Below are positions 36,034 through 47,950 of a DNA stretch of 64,000 nucleotides, one piece after another. Numbering within the stretch: position 1 is the stretch's first letter; every line of letters begins with the position of its first letter. The position numbers and the translations under genes are program-made. Source of the stretch: Rhynchopus sp. YZ270_cl-10 (taxonomy: Eukaryota); the NCBI GenBank assembly GCA_964035575.1, contig OZ037837.1, positions 744,001-808,000 of the forward strand, read 5' to 3'. The notes under the pieces are model-generated. The model was not told where the DNA came from. It was given only the letters and a program-made list of their open reading frames with translations, and did no database searches.

Positions 36034-37773
36034 TCACTCGCGTAAGCGTTCTGGTAGCTTGTTGAGTACAACCTTGCTGCACTTGTCCTTTCCATGTAAG
36101 GTCTTCAATGATGTGCACATGTGGAGGAAGTGCCACTGAAAGCCCCCAATCGAGGTGACAGCTTGCAATCCACTCAAGTCAACTGTGGACAATGATGTGC
36201 ACCTGTTGAGAAAGTGGTTCCCAATCGAGGTGACCGCTCGGAATCCACTCAAGTCAACTGTGGAAAAAGATGTGCACCCGCGGAGGAAGTTGATCCCAAT
36301 GACAGTGACAGCTTGGAATGCACTAAAGTCAACTGTGGACAATGATGTGCACCCACTGAGAAAGTGGTTCCCAATCGAGGTGACCGCTCGGAATCCACTC
36401 AAGTCAACTGTGGACAAAGATGTGCACCCGCAGAGGAACTGGTTCCCGATCGTGGTGACATCTTGCAATCCACTCAAATCGACTTTGGTCAAAGCTGTGC
36501 AGTCACTAAGGAAGTCGTTCCCGATCACAGTCACAGCAGACGCATGACTGAGATCAATGCACGTCACTGCAGTTCCTTTCAAGAAGTTGTCTGGAATCGC
36601 AGTCGCAACTTGTGCCTGCAGGAGCAAGCAAGCCACCTTCGGATCAGTCACCTGCTTCAATCTTGCTTCTGTAAGTGTAGTCTCACCCAACGCACGAAGT
36701 GCTGCAATGGCATCCTGCTTCCTCCTCTGTGTGTTGGTCTGCGTTACAACAACCCTGTGACCCCTCAGCTGCACCACGTCCTCTCCTTCTGCAATTAACT
36801 CACCTCTGAAAGTCATGTCGAAGCCGTCTTCACGCAACCCCACTGCAGACGCCACCTTCCGAAGCAAGTCCTTGCCCGTGTCATCCACACTCACCTCAAT
36901 CTCGTGTTCCACTCCATCCAACCCCTGCACAAGTACAGGCACAAAAAGCGCAGACATCTGGGAAAAGACATCGTGCACGTGCGAAACAGGCAGTTTCAGG
37001 GAAAACGTTGTGTGTAGGTCTGCAGCACCCACAAGGCGGTGGCGGTCTCCACTCGCTGCCATGCTGTTGATGTTCCGCACAACGGCCTGCGACTCTGTGA
37101 CCGCACGCAGCACCTGGTCGTCCCCAAGCTGGCACACCGCCTCACACTCAGCAATCATGTGTCCTGCCTTCGCAACAAACGTCTTCAGCGCACACACCTC
37201 CCCTTCACGACTGAGTGCCTGTGTGAGGAAGCTCCGTGCCACCTCCTCCTCACACACGACTTCGCTGCGCGACACATCCTCACGCATCACGAGGTGTTCG
37301 ACGTGTGTCTGCAGGAGAAGGTCTTTGTACCTCTCCTCCGTGGGTGGGAGTGCCTCAAACACACGGCACTTCTCCTTTGCAGCAGTCCGCTGTGTTGTCA
37401 GGTCTGCCACATTCGAGCAGAGGATGTCACGCTGGCGTTTCATGTAGTCCGTGATGTCAACTGTCTTGTGTCCCGCATGTGTGTCGCACTTGTCACAGCG
37501 CATGCAGATCAACGCGTCTCCACACGCACGGTCTTCACAGACGAGGCACAGCTCTTGGCCTGGGTGATGTGCACACTTCGATGACGCCCCGTACGCAGTC
37601 ACAGAAGCGCGATGTGCCTCACGGTCACGTGGCCTTGTGTGGCAAGCGTCATAGCACGCAGGTGTGTCGCAGAAGAACAGCTCCACGCACATCCCGCACT
37701 GCAGCTGTGCAGGCACGCCACAGTTCTCACAGCTCGGCATCTGTGGTGCGGTCGGCTGCGTGTCAGACACCAT
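36034..37773 (-). CDS. B-box x2 / coiled-coil / ubiquitin-like / LRR protein, copy 1
   Basis: B-boxes CENC..C.MC..FC...C...H and CAHH...C.VC...C..C...H..H. Ubl-like VLVQGLDGVEHEIEV...DLLRKVA...DMTFRG. 23-aa repeats VDLSGxxAVTxIGxxFLxGCTSLST. Start could instead be 37836. Confidence 0.85.
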   Translation of the reverse strand: MVSDTQPTAPQMPSCENCGVPAQLQCGMCVELFFCDTPACYDACHTRPRDREAHRASVTAYGASSKCAHHPGQELCLVCEDRACGDALICMRCDKCDTHAGHKTVDITDYMKRQRDILCSNVADLTTQRTAAKEKCRVFEALPPTEERYKDLLLQTHVEHLVMREDVSRSEVVCEEEVARSFLTQALSREGEVCALKTFVAKAGHMIAECEAVCQLGDDQVLRAVTESQAVVRNINSMAASGDRHRLVGAADLHTTFSLKLPVSHVHDVFSQMSALFVPVLVQGLDGVEHEIEVSVDDTGKDLLRKVASAVGLREDGFDMTFRGELIAEGEDVVQLRGHRVVVTQTNTQRRKQDAIAALRALGETTLTEARLKQVTDPKVACLLLQAQVATAIPDNFLKGTAVTCIDLSHASAVTVIGNDFLSDCTALTKVDLSGLQDVTTIGNQFLCGCTSLSTVDLSGFRAVTSIGNHFLSGCTSLSTVDFSAFQAVTVIGINFLRGCTSFSTVDLSGFRAVTSIGNHFLNRCTSLSTVDLSGLQAVTSIGGFQWHFLHMCTSLKTLHGKDKCSKVVLNKLPERLRE

Positions 37774-38180
37774 GTTGTGTGTTTCGAAGAGGTGGGAGGG
37801 TGCAGGGGTGTCTGGAAGGGGTTGGGTGGGTGGCATGGGATGGAAACAGAGTGTGCGTTCAAGACTGCAGCACACAGGAAAGGTGAGTGAGAGGCTGGTG
37901 TGTAGATGAGGATGCAGCTGGGTCAGGGATCAGGGATGCTCGACGTCCTGGCACCGAGGCTGACTCAGAGATGCGCTGCACAGTGTATGTGGGGTGTGGG
38001 GAAGTGGAACATCAGGTGAGGCATGTGGGGTTGCTTTGTTTTTGGTCTTTTCCTTACCACCTGTTGTCAGAGGTGGGTCTTTTTTTTTCATACGCTCAGT
38101 TTGTTACAACGTTGTTAAAACAAATAGCCTCTAATACCCTTCCCGTTTTCCGAAAACACCACATTTTTATTTACAGTTAA

Positions 38181-39549
38181 CCCTTTAGACCCGAGATACC
38201 CATATATGGCCACCCGAATGGCGCCATACAATTAGGAGTGTTCTACTCAAAATGGGAAAAACATTTTTTATATTTTGAAAGATTTTGCGCCGATCTTTCA
38301 AAAGAAGCAAGAATCGAAAAGTTTTGTTCATCTGATATTTTTTTGGATGCTGGAGGGAAGGCGGAGCTGCCACGGAAAATCATGTTTTTTGACCAACACC
38401 CCCTAAAATAACCCTCCTAATACCACTAGGCTATTACTGAGGTTCTACTCATTTTCAGAAAAACATTTTTTTATATTTTGAAAGATTTTTAGCCGATCTT
38501 TCAAAATACGCCATCTAAGAACACTTTTATGCATCTGGGTTTTCCTTGGATGCCGGGGAGCATGAAAAAGTACGGGAAAAAGTCACTTTTCAGAGCCGCC
38601 ATGTGATAAGAATTTTTCTAGTCGTTTTCGTGAAAACACTTTTTTTGTGTGGAAAGATTTCGTTCACATCTTTCAAAATACGCCAAAATCGAATACTTTT
38701 ATGCATCTGTGATATCCTCGGATTTTGGTGTGATTTTACCACCAAAATCACGGGTTGTACGTTGCTAGGGTCGTAAGGCTAGTAGGGTTGATAAGTAGGG
38801 GTCTACTCATTTTCGTGAAAAGATTTTTGCATTTTTGGAAAGATTTGATGTCAAATCTGTCAAAAGAAGCAAGAATCGAAAACTTTTGTGCATCTGAGTG
38901 CAATTTGGAAGTCCGTGAGAACCACCACCAAAATCACTGTTTTTCTGACTATTATTTGCCTTATTCCCACCCAAAACACGTTATAAGCCGGGTTTTCACT
39001 ATTGTTTCGTATTTTAGGGTGCTTTTTTTGTGAATTTTCGGCACACAGGGTAGTTCTGACCCATTCTGGGGGTGTTTCGGACCTGTAGATGCCCAAAAAC
39101 GTGAAAAAAATCGCCTTTTTACGTGTGTAGTGGTGTTTCAGTGTAAATCGTTAGGAAATCGATTTTTAGACATGCTGCTAACAGAGCTACACTCATATAA
39201 GTTGGATTCTACTAGGACTTTTTGCTCGAATTTTTTTTCTTTGAAAAGATTTTTTTGTGGTCAATCTTTCAAATAACGCTATTTTCGGACAGCAATAATT
39301 TACGGTGATTTTTTTTGCCGGAAGGATCAGCAAAAAATCAAAAGATGGATTTATGCGTACCTCATTTTGTGTAAAACCTTTTTTTGCGAAAAAAAACTTA
39401 AAATAATGGAATTGAAAGCCGTGTTCAAAATCTTTCAATTGCGGCCAGGTACGATTTAAAATTTGCATCTGGGGTCCCTTTACCGGTTGGAGAGCCCCAA
39501 AAACCAAAACTCAAAAGTGGGTCGAAAATCTGGCTTCGGGTCTAAAGGG
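38181..39549. mobile_element. 1369-bp non-autonomous piggyBac-like element
   Basis: TTAA|CCCTTTAGACCCGA...TCGGGTCTAAAGGG|TTAA. Empty site TACAGTTAACATATTGG at ~35431-35447. Confidence 0.92.
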
Positions 39550-39701
39550 TTAACGTATTGGTCTTGTCGGACCTGAGAAAACGCGTGCATGTTGCATACA
39601 CATGCACACTTACACCCAACGATGAGGTTCATTGATACATTGCAACGAAGTTCACATTGTGGGAAATGGGGTGACAAAGAGAACACAAAAAAAAAAAGTA
39701 A

Positions 39702-40681
39702 GGGTGGCACAACTTTTTTTTTTGTTTCCCGCTCGCTGACTCTGGGAAAAAAATGCGCGCGCGCGCAAAAAAAAAGTTTTTAAAAAAGTTTTGCCGGAAA
39801 AAAAGTTGTGGGAACAGGGTGATCCCGTGGGCTTTTTATATAAAATCGCCTCAGGGGCCCAAAAATGGGTGACCCAAAACACAGTTTTTTAGCATTTCCG
39901 GAATCCGTCCAGAAAGTGGTGGGGTCAATTTCGAAAATTGGACAATTTTTTGACCACTTAAATTTTTGAAAATGTGAGCCCGGTCACTAATATGTGGGTC
40001 CCAGTTTTGGCCAAAACATGCTGCTCAAAAAAGATCGGGTCTTTTGTTTGTGCGCTCAAAGCCGGGAAAACAAAAAGGTGAAAAAATGTGTTAAACTGAA
40101 GTACGGTTGTTGTGGTTAATTGAGTACTCAAAGAAAACAAACAAGCTTCTGTTTTTTTCAATCCGTTTTGTTTGCCCTGCAGCGCTGCCTCCAATCTTTT
40201 TAGAATTGACAACAAGTTGTTTTATCAAAAAAATTTTCAGCCCCAAAACATGCCGCCATTGGCATTTCCGGAATCTGTCCGCACTGTGGTGGGGTCAATT
40301 TGCCGAAATGGCCAAGTTCTCGGTTTTGGTCAAAAATGAGTGTGAGGTAAAGGGGCCAAGGTAAATCCCACAACTCAGATTTTCTCTCCCTGATGCTGAA
40401 ACCATGAAAATGCGCGAAAGCACCGGCATTTGCATTTCCGGAATCCGCCCGTTCTGTGGTGGGGTCAATTTGCCGAAATGGAGGAGTTTTTATAAATTTT
40501 GGTCAAAATCGTGTACAACCCGGTGAAGGAAAAATATTTTCACTAAAAAAAACCCCCCAAATGTCCACCAGTACTCAGTACCCAGTACCGAAACTTTTTT
40601 TCCACCAAACTTTTTTTTTTTTGAATCTCGAAAAAAAAATGCGCGCGCGAGCGGGAAACAAAAAAAAAAGTTGTGCCACCC
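39702..40681. mobile_element. 980-bp PIF/Harbinger-like non-autonomous element, TAA TSD
   Basis: TAA|GGGTGGCACAACTTTTTTTTTTGTTTCCCGCTCGC...GCGAGCGGGAAACAAAAAAAAAAGTTGTGCCACCC|TAA. Confidence 0.85.
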
Positions 40682-40941
40682 TAATTGCTAAGAAAACAAG
40701 GGTCGCTGTGGATATGGGGGGAGTGCTCCTGGAATTCCATTACAGGAACAAGCCTGTTACAAGGGATCTGAACATATTCGAGTGGTACTCAAATTGATAT
40801 CACCACGTACGCCACTACAATAGTGCACCCTATCGACGTAAACCAGCTTGTCACAAACGGAGAAAATTGAAACCAAACTCCTACTTTTCCTTGTTATATT
40901 TTCCCCCACCTCCACAAACAATAAAGCAATAAAAACAATAA

Positions 40942-41661
40942 GGGTAGGCACACTTTTTTATTTGTTTAATGCTCGCGCGCGCGGAAAATTTTGAGATTCC
41001 AAAAAAAAAAAACATGGAAGAAAAAAAAACATTGCCTTACGTCAACAGGTTATCTTGACTTTCCCCCCCGTCTTCCTCCACGGGAAAAATCAACCAAATA
41101 TCTTCGAACACAGAATCCTCCATATACGAGTGGGTCACATGATATAATTCTATCATGTGACCCCAGCGTGGAGAGCAATCGGCTCGCGCATCAAAAGAAA
41201 GCAGAGAAAAGGGGAAAATAAAAAGACAAAAGTTGGGTACCGTGCGCCTGCGGCGCTACCTGTTCCCAGTCAGGAACGCCACAATTTTATCCGAATGTGG
41301 ATTTTCCGACCTGAAAATGACTTGTTTATGAGGATGGGTTCATATTTTGTGTAAATTTATGCCACTAAAATTTTGTCGGTTTTTCTGTATGTCCCCCACC
41401 ACAGAAGGAGCGGATTCTGGAAATGCCTATCGCGGCATGTTTGGGCTGAAAACCCACTGTTTTTCCTTGAAAAAAATTGCTTCCGGATGTCGGAATTTCC
41501 CGGAAAATTTCCAGAATTAGAAGACAGCCTGGCTTCGATGTTTTATTTTTGCTGTGTCTCTGTGTGTGTTTTTTTTTCTTTGTGTGTTTTTTTCTGCGCG
41601 CGCGCGCGGAACTTTTTGGGACCCGACCGAGCATTAAACACAAGAAAAATTGTGCCTACCC
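40942..41661. mobile_element. 720-bp PIF/Harbinger-like non-autonomous element, TAA TSD
   Basis: TAA|GGGTAGGCACA...TGTGCCTACCC|TAA, inserted in the 200-bp repeat. The uninterrupted form ACAATAAAGACAAAAG is at ~57361. Confidence 0.85.
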
Positions 41662-42537
41662 TAAAGACAAAAGTGATGAAGAAGTGGAACATCAGGTGAG
41701 GCATGTGGGGTTGCTTTGTTTTTGGTCTTTTCCTTGAGGTACCCAGACACGCAGTGGCACATGACCTCAGTGTGAGTGACCCACACGTGAGGGAATGCAA
41801 CACCACAAAAATTACCACCAGACCCTGTCTTCGTGCACCTTCGGTACACAGTTATGACGACGTCACGACAATGAGTACCTGTAAAAGGTCAGGGCAAGTA
41901 TGTGGCAGAAGAACAAGAAACAAGCGAGTATGCTGTCGCAGTCTGCAGCACTGCAGTTCATGCTGGTAGCAAAATATACATAAAAAATAAAGTTAATAAG
42001 ATGCACTGAGCCGCACCTACTCAGACACCTAGCAAAACAGTGACGTTGGCTGTGAGAAGGCTATATCACACACAAAATGCTTCAGATGCGCTGCCTGAGC
42101 AACAATAGCAATAACAGCAACAAAAGCAAATGCTGGGAATGGGAAGGGGTGGCAATAATGCATACAAAACACGTTCACCCAGCAAGTGAGAGACGGAGGT
42201 TGATGCCTTGACTGGGTCTGCTCCTCTGGTGTTGTGTTGTGTGGCATGGCTCTTTATTGGGTGTCGTCACAGATTTGAAACATAAGAAGTAAGGTTTTGG
42301 TGAACCTGCAAGGCGGGTAGAAAAGCATCACTGTGTTTCAAGACTCTGTGGTGCCTCTACCATACGTTAGTGGAGGGTTAAATGCAATACCCTTAAGGTG
42401 CAGACAGGGGTGAATAAGAGGGCTCTTGCATTTGGGGATCTTAGGGGATTGTACTTACTGGGGGGGGGTCGAATAAAGCACGTACGTGTTTTATTAGGCG
42501 TCCCTACACTTCAGATCCTGAGGTTTAAAAAAAAAAA

Positions 42538-43604
42538 CAAGTAATTGCTATCGGAAAAAAAACGGGGTGTGATGTGGAACTCCATCCTGTAGAAATAATC
42601 TACAACACGCCCAGCATTCTGCTCTTCTGCAGGTATGCTAACGCTCTTCGTACGCTGCCAGACCCACTGGGACGCCAGCATCTGAAACGTTCAAGAAGGG
42701 GGGCTGTCTTCGTCCAGCACCATCTGCTCGATAGCGTTGTTGGACGCCCGCTCGGCAGGCTCGGCGTGGTCCAGCTCGTTTTTGTCCACAGGCTCCCCAC
42801 ATTGTCGTCGTCGTTGGAGCAGTGCGGAAGGAACACAGAATGCACAGACTACAACACATCGATCACACCAGGCGCATCAGCACCTCCAGCAAATCGCCAG
42901 GATACTACGGTGGTTTCGAAAATCGCGCGGAGTTTTCCACAACACACCTCGCATTTTTCTTAGCAATTACTTGTCCTTGTTGTTATTGTTGTTTTCAACC
43001 ACCTTCCTTCAACCCTCGTAGGATCAGATGTTATTTTTTTCGCGAAAACATGAAATTACACATTTCAAGAGAACAAATTTAAAAGGGTCCTTATTTGCAT
43101 TTTTGGGCTCCGCCCGTGCAGTGGTGGGGTCAATCTCGAAAATTGGACAATTTTTTGACCACTTAAATTTTGAGAAATATGAGCCCGGTTGCTTATACGT
43201 GGGCCCATTTTCGGCTAAAATTTTCCTCAAAATCTGGTTTTGTAAAATTGACCCTTTACTCCCCCCCCACATCGATTTCAATACTATACCTTACTTCACC
43301 TACGGTTGCCCTTACAGGGGGGTGAAGGAAGGTAAGTTGAAAAAGGGTCCTTATTTGCATTTTTGGGCTCCGCCCGTGCAGTGGTGGGGTCAATCTCGAA
43401 AATTGGACAATTTTTTGACCACTTAAATTTTGAGAAATATGAGCCCGGTTGCTTATACGTGGAGCCCATTTTCGGCTAAAATTTTCCTCAAAATCTGGTT
43501 TTGTAAAATTGACCCTTTACTCCCCCCCCACATCGATTTCAATACTATACCTTACTTCACCTACGGTTGCCCTTACAGGGGGGTGAAGGAAGGTAAGTTG
43601 AAAA
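42538..43604. repeat. Inverted copy of the two-MITE composite with a tandem 260-bp arm
   Basis: Reverse-complement homology to 33085-34166. Confidence 0.85.
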
Positions 43605-43874
43605 GTTCGAAAAGGCGAATAAAGCACGTACGTGCTTTATTCGCCTTTTTGAACTTTTTGGAAAGTTTTTCCAGTCACAATTTTTTTTCGATTTTTTTTT
43701 CGCCCAAGAGGTGATTTTGCTGCATTTCCGAGCCACTCCCGGCTTGTGGTGGGGGATATACGGAAAAATGGACAAAATTTCAGCGACTTAAATTTTCACA
43801 AAATACGAACTACCTTGTCACAACACAGGAAAAGTTCAAAAAGTCGAATCAAACACGTACGTGCAAAATAAATC

Positions 43875-44047
43875 AAGAGCGCATAGTAACCAAAAACAAA
43901 CAACTTCAGAGCGCACGCAGTAACCAAAAACTAACAACCTCAGAGCGCACACAGTAACCAAAAACTAACAACTTCAGAGCGCACGCAGTAACCAAAAACT
44001 AACAACCTCAGAGCGCACACAGTAACCAAAAACTAACAACTTCAGAA
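43875..44047. repeat. 34-bp tandem repeat (~5 units, alternating variants) in the element's 5' leader
   Basis: CAGAGCGCAC(G/A)CAGTAACCAAAAACTAACAAC(C/T)T at 43907, 43941, 43975 and 44009. Confidence 0.95.
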
Positions 44048-44172
44048 CACAAAACCAAGATCTACGGAGCGAGACTCCTAGGGAGCGAGACTCCTTTTAG
44101 CAACAAATACCCCAAAGCGCACACAGTAACCATCGGAGCGAGACTCCCCGGGAGCGAGACTCCCCAGGCGGC

Positions 44173-45084
44173 ATGGACCGTAGCTGTTTTCCGGGGGGGG
44201 ACTCGGTCGTGTGGGACTCGATCTCGCCGCCGCAGTTCCCCAACGGCAGGAAGCCCGCAGTGACCTCCCCCGACTGTGTGCTTCCACAATGCAACGTGGA
44301 GCACAAACCCGCCTCCTCCCTCGTTTGCGCAGAGTGCGGCCGCAGGGGCTCCTCCTCATGCCTAAAGAACAAAGGCAAAATCCCCTCCGGCGTACTGCAC
44401 GATTTTTTGGTCTCGCCACCGCAGAACTGGGTGTGCCCAGTCTGCGCGTGGATTGAACACGCAAACCGGGAGCGTCCCCCTCTCCTCACCCCTCTACACA
44501 CACACAGCGACTCCGACAGTGACTCCTCGTCGTGCGATATCGACATGACAAACCCCACCAACATGGAGGCCGTATTAAAGGTCTTCCCCCCTAAAGCGCG
44601 CCGTGTTTTCGACCACATGCTGGGGCTTTTCGAGGCTGTTAAGGCGGAGCTGGTCCGGACGAGGAAGCGACTCGACAAACTGGAGGCAGACCAAAAGAAA
44701 CAACTCTCATCTTCCTTTTCGCCCTTTGTGGTGTCGACGTGGGAGGGTGTGGAGCATGCGGCGGTGCGGAAGGAGATTCGTGCGAGCGTGGGGAAGGCGT
44801 TTTCGGAGTTCGCCCTTCCGGCGAACAAGGAGGATGCCCAGGACTGGCAACGGGCCCACCGCAACTCCTTCTCGGTGCTCGAAAATTTGATGGACAGCAT
44901 CCCACCGGACACTCCCCCACACGAAGGCATACTTCGGGCACTGCACAACACGATTGTAGACATGTCTGCTGCCACACAGGTGTCGGCCCATTCGGGTGCC
45001 AGGAAGGCCAGACGCCACTATGAAGACAAGGCAAAGAGCTATTCCTACAAGGACTTGGAGGGACAGATCCGCTTTTGCCGATAA
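44173..45084 (+). CDS. gag-like ORF1 with N-terminal PHD-like finger and coiled coil
   Basis: CVLPQC...VCAECGRRGSSSC...NWVCPVC, then coiled coil VKAELVRTRKRLDKLEADQ. Confidence 0.7.
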   Translation: MDRSCFPGGDSVVWDSISPPQFPNGRKPAVTSPDCVLPQCNVEHKPASSLVCAECGRRGSSSCLKNKGKIPSGVLHDFLVSPPQNWVCPVCAWIEHANRERPPLLTPLHTHSDSDSDSSSCDIDMTNPTNMEAVLKVFPPKARRVFDHMLGLFEAVKAELVRTRKRLDKLEADQKKQLSSSFSPFVVSTWEGVEHAAVRKEIRASVGKAFSEFALPANKEDAQDWQRAHRNSFSVLENLMDSIPPDTPPHEGILRALHNTIVDMSAATQVSAHSGARKARRHYEDKAKSYSYKDLEGQIRFCR

Positions 45085-45172
45085 GAATACCAACAACAAC
45101 AGAGAACGCGATTTCTGGAGAAACAACGACAGGGACAACAAAGGTGCAAAAAACGACAGACCGAGGCGTTGA

Positions 45173-46195
45173 CTGCCCCCTCACACGCCTCCATCACAGA
45201 AGCCCCCCCTTCTTTCTTTAAACCCCCATCAAATTTACAACAACTTTCTTCTCCCTTCTGCTCCCCCGGCAATCAAAGGAAGGGGTCGACCTCGCATTAC
45301 GGAACCTTACCTATCGACCAACCAACGCAAAAAGATAAAAGCATCAGCAGAGAAGGCAATCTGGGGAGCTCTTGCGCCAAGCTACTGGAGAGCCATCGCC
45401 AGCACGTTCCGCCGCTACCAGCAATTCATAACACATTGGGAGGAACAGGAGCACGGTTTCCTAACACACGACATGGGCCTCATCCTTTGGATCCAGAAGA
45501 AACTTACAATAGACGGACTCTCCCCCCAAGCAGCCCTCCAATACACTTACAATGTGGCAGCCGCCGTGAACCGTATGGGGAAGGGAGCGATGGACAACTC
45601 ACAACTTTTGCACGATTTCAGGAGAAGTCTGAGAAGAGGGGGCGCTATGACACCATTGAAACAAGCGCAACCTGCAACACGCGCAGAGGTGGCGAAGGTC
45701 TTATCACTAGAACACATTCCCCTGATGAAGCTTGCGATATCTCTAGCATGGGGGGGGTGTGCACGCGCGTCCGACGTGTTCCGGCTGCGGGCCGAGGAAG
45801 TCTCAATTTTTCCAAATCACATCCAGATCCATTGGGTCGAAACCAAATCAGACCCTTTCAAGTTGGGGCGATGGACGGGGGTGGTGATCGACGCCGACAT
45901 GACAGACATACTGCGACACCGTTTGAAAGCGCTAGAATCGAACCCGAAGGCACTGCTTTTTCATCCCCTCGGCTACCACCAGATGTACAGAGCAATGAAG
46001 CGGGCCGACCAAAACCTCACCCCTCACTCCCTGAGACGGGGAGCCATCGAGACTTTGAACCAGAACAACGTGCCGCTGGAAGACATCCGCCAGCTCAGCA
46101 GACATTCGTCAGTGGACTGCCTAGTACGATACCTCTCCACCGGGGGGGCACAACGTGTCCGAGGGACGGCCCAAACTTCCGCCCTTCTAAAGTAG
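45173..46195 (+). CDS. Tyrosine recombinase (first ATG 45473, frame open from 45173)
   Basis: Catalytic set R (CARASDV), K (TKSD), HxxR (PHSLRRG), H (SRH), Y (VRY). Upstream in frame are an AT-hook GRGRPR and LAPSYW...FRRYQQF. Confidence 0.92.
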   Translation: MPPHTPPSQKPPLLSLNPHQIYNNFLLPSAPPAIKGRGRPRITEPYLSTNQRKKIKASAEKAIWGALAPSYWRAIASTFRRYQQFITHWEEQEHGFLTHDMGLILWIQKKLTIDGLSPQAALQYTYNVAAAVNRMGKGAMDNSQLLHDFRRSLRRGGAMTPLKQAQPATRAEVAKVLSLEHIPLMKLAISLAWGGCARASDVFRLRAEEVSIFPNHIQIHWVETKSDPFKLGRWTGVVIDADMTDILRHRLKALESNPKALLFHPLGYHQMYRAMKRADQNLTPHSLRRGAIETLNQNNVPLEDIRQLSRHSSVDCLVRYLSTGGAQRVRGTAQTSALLK

Positions 46196-46248
46196 TGAGG
46201 AACCTGATCTGCGCCCGTTTCCCCTATGCTAAGAACCTCCCCCTCAGC

Positions 46249-47379
46249 ATGAACTACGACCCTTTCCCAATTCCTAAGGCCTTTATCACAACCGACGAAT
46301 CCAACGACGACGAATTTGGACCGGGATTATCTAACATATACAATGAACACATTGCAGTAAAAGCGGGGAAAAGTACCATCAGGCCTCCCCACACTCTAGA
46401 CCCGTCAGAGGACTACATCGCTCAAATCTGCACGTCCAGAATCGATCTAAAAGCCCTAATAGATTTAGACACCACAGGGGAACTCGGAGAGGTATTACCA
46501 TTCATCACAGACCCGCACGCCTTCAGGAAATTATTCATTCCCGGGGCACTAGACAGAATCAGCTCCGAACGACAGTTCTCTACCTCCATCTCTAAACACC
46601 TATTGCACAACCTTCCGGATTTGGAAAAGTTCGGGGTTTTGGAGAGAACACCAGTGCACGCTTCGGTTGTGATGCCTACCTTCAAAGTGGACAAAAGATC
46701 GGGAGGAAAGCGTTTCGTTGCGGATGGCAGAAAACTCAACTCTCTCATGTCAAAACCCCCGCAAATGAAACTGCCGTTCATCACTGACGTTATACAGCGA
46801 ATTTTATCCTCCAAGTGGGTGTGCATGGGAGACGGAAGAAGCTGGTTTTACCAATTCGAACTCCACCCCGAAATCAGAAAATACTTTGGGGTCAACGTGG
46901 CTGGGGGGAGGGGAAAATTTATACGCACTTTGTTCAAGGTACTCTGCATGGGATGGTCGCACGCACCATGCATAGCCCAGCGTTCAGCTCGCACTCTCCT
47001 TCCAGAAGCCGACGGAATAACTTGGATTGACAACTTCATCGTCTGCGCACTGTCCCATCACGAAGCTGCCTTTCGATTCAAAGCGTTCCTCAGCAGATGC
47101 AAAAAGGTAAACGCCGAGATCAACACATCCGACGAATTTTATGGTGAACCTGTGCAGAAATTCTCAGTTTTGGGCATCCAATTCAACCTCGAGCACCAGG
47201 AGTTCCGTTCAGACCCCGACTGGGTAAACCGTTTATGCCAAAAGGACGAACTGCGCAAACTAGAGGAAGGTCTCATATCTCCACGAGGTTTCTACGCACT
47301 TTTTGGAAGCATCGTATGGCACAGCTACACAACGAACTCTCCTATGTTACATCCCAGCATCCCTCCAATACATCCGTGA
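46249..47379 (+). CDS. Reverse transcriptase domain (frame open from 45085)
   Basis: Motifs KRFVADGRKLN, MGDGRSWFYQF, LCMGWSHAP and WIDNF (YxDD-equivalent). Confidence 0.92.
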   Translation: MNYDPFPIPKAFITTDESNDDEFGPGLSNIYNEHIAVKAGKSTIRPPHTLDPSEDYIAQICTSRIDLKALIDLDTTGELGEVLPFITDPHAFRKLFIPGALDRISSERQFSTSISKHLLHNLPDLEKFGVLERTPVHASVVMPTFKVDKRSGGKRFVADGRKLNSLMSKPPQMKLPFITDVIQRILSSKWVCMGDGRSWFYQFELHPEIRKYFGVNVAGGRGKFIRTLFKVLCMGWSHAPCIAQRSARTLLPEADGITWIDNFIVCALSHHEAAFRFKAFLSRCKKVNAEINTSDEFYGEPVQKFSVLGIQFNLEHQEFRSDPDWVNRLCQKDELRKLEEGLISPRGFYALFGSIVWHSYTTNSPMLHPSIPPIHP

Positions 47380-47914
47380 CATCGCCGTTGCTACTACATC
47401 CAACATCGAAGCGTGGGACACCCCACTAAAGGTACGGCCGTCCGTGATAGGGGAAGTGCTCGACAAAATTTCTTCCATTCGCTCCAACCCATGGTTACCT
47501 CGCGCACCTTTGGAAGCTATCGTGCTGTGGTCGGACGCTTCGGATAAAAAGTGGGGGGCTATACTTGATGGGGACCATGAAAAAATCGCACAAGGGCCTT
47601 TTCCTCTCGCCCAAGTGTCCTGCCACATCTACATAAAGGAGATCTATGCAGCAAAACAAGCAGTAGTACTTGCGTCAAAGTTCCGGAGCGACGTCACCGC
47701 CATCCTCTACGTAGACAACCTTTCAGCCGTGCACACCATCGAGAGAGGACACTCCTCGAACTTCATGGCAAATCAACTGCTGTGCCAGCTGTTCACCACC
47801 GCCAGAAGTCACCGCATAAGCATTAAATGCATTTGGGTGAATACCCACGACCAAAAGGCAGATAAATACACCCGAGGGGTGATTGCACCCCATCCAATTC
47901 CGCTGGAAGACTAA
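47303..47914 (+). CDS. DIRS-type RNase H domain, frameshifted relative to RT near ~47335
   Basis: Motifs LWSDASDKKWG, HIYIKEIYA, YVDNLS and QKADKYTR. Confidence 0.9.
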   Translation: MEASYGTATQRTLLCYIPASLQYIRDIAVATTSNIEAWDTPLKVRPSVIGEVLDKISSIRSNPWLPRAPLEAIVLWSDASDKKWGAILDGDHEKIAQGPFPLAQVSCHIYIKEIYAAKQAVVLASKFRSDVTAILYVDNLSAVHTIERGHSSNFMANQLLCQLFTTARSHRISIKCIWVNTHDQKADKYTRGVIAPHPIPLED

Positions 47915-47950
47915 CCGCGTGGCGTCCCTTGAGGGTCCCAAGGGTCCTGG

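Noticed and set aside
43875..44047. CRISPR-like 34-bp repeats
   Set aside because: Head-to-tail with no unique spacers, no cas genes, and a eukaryotic context.
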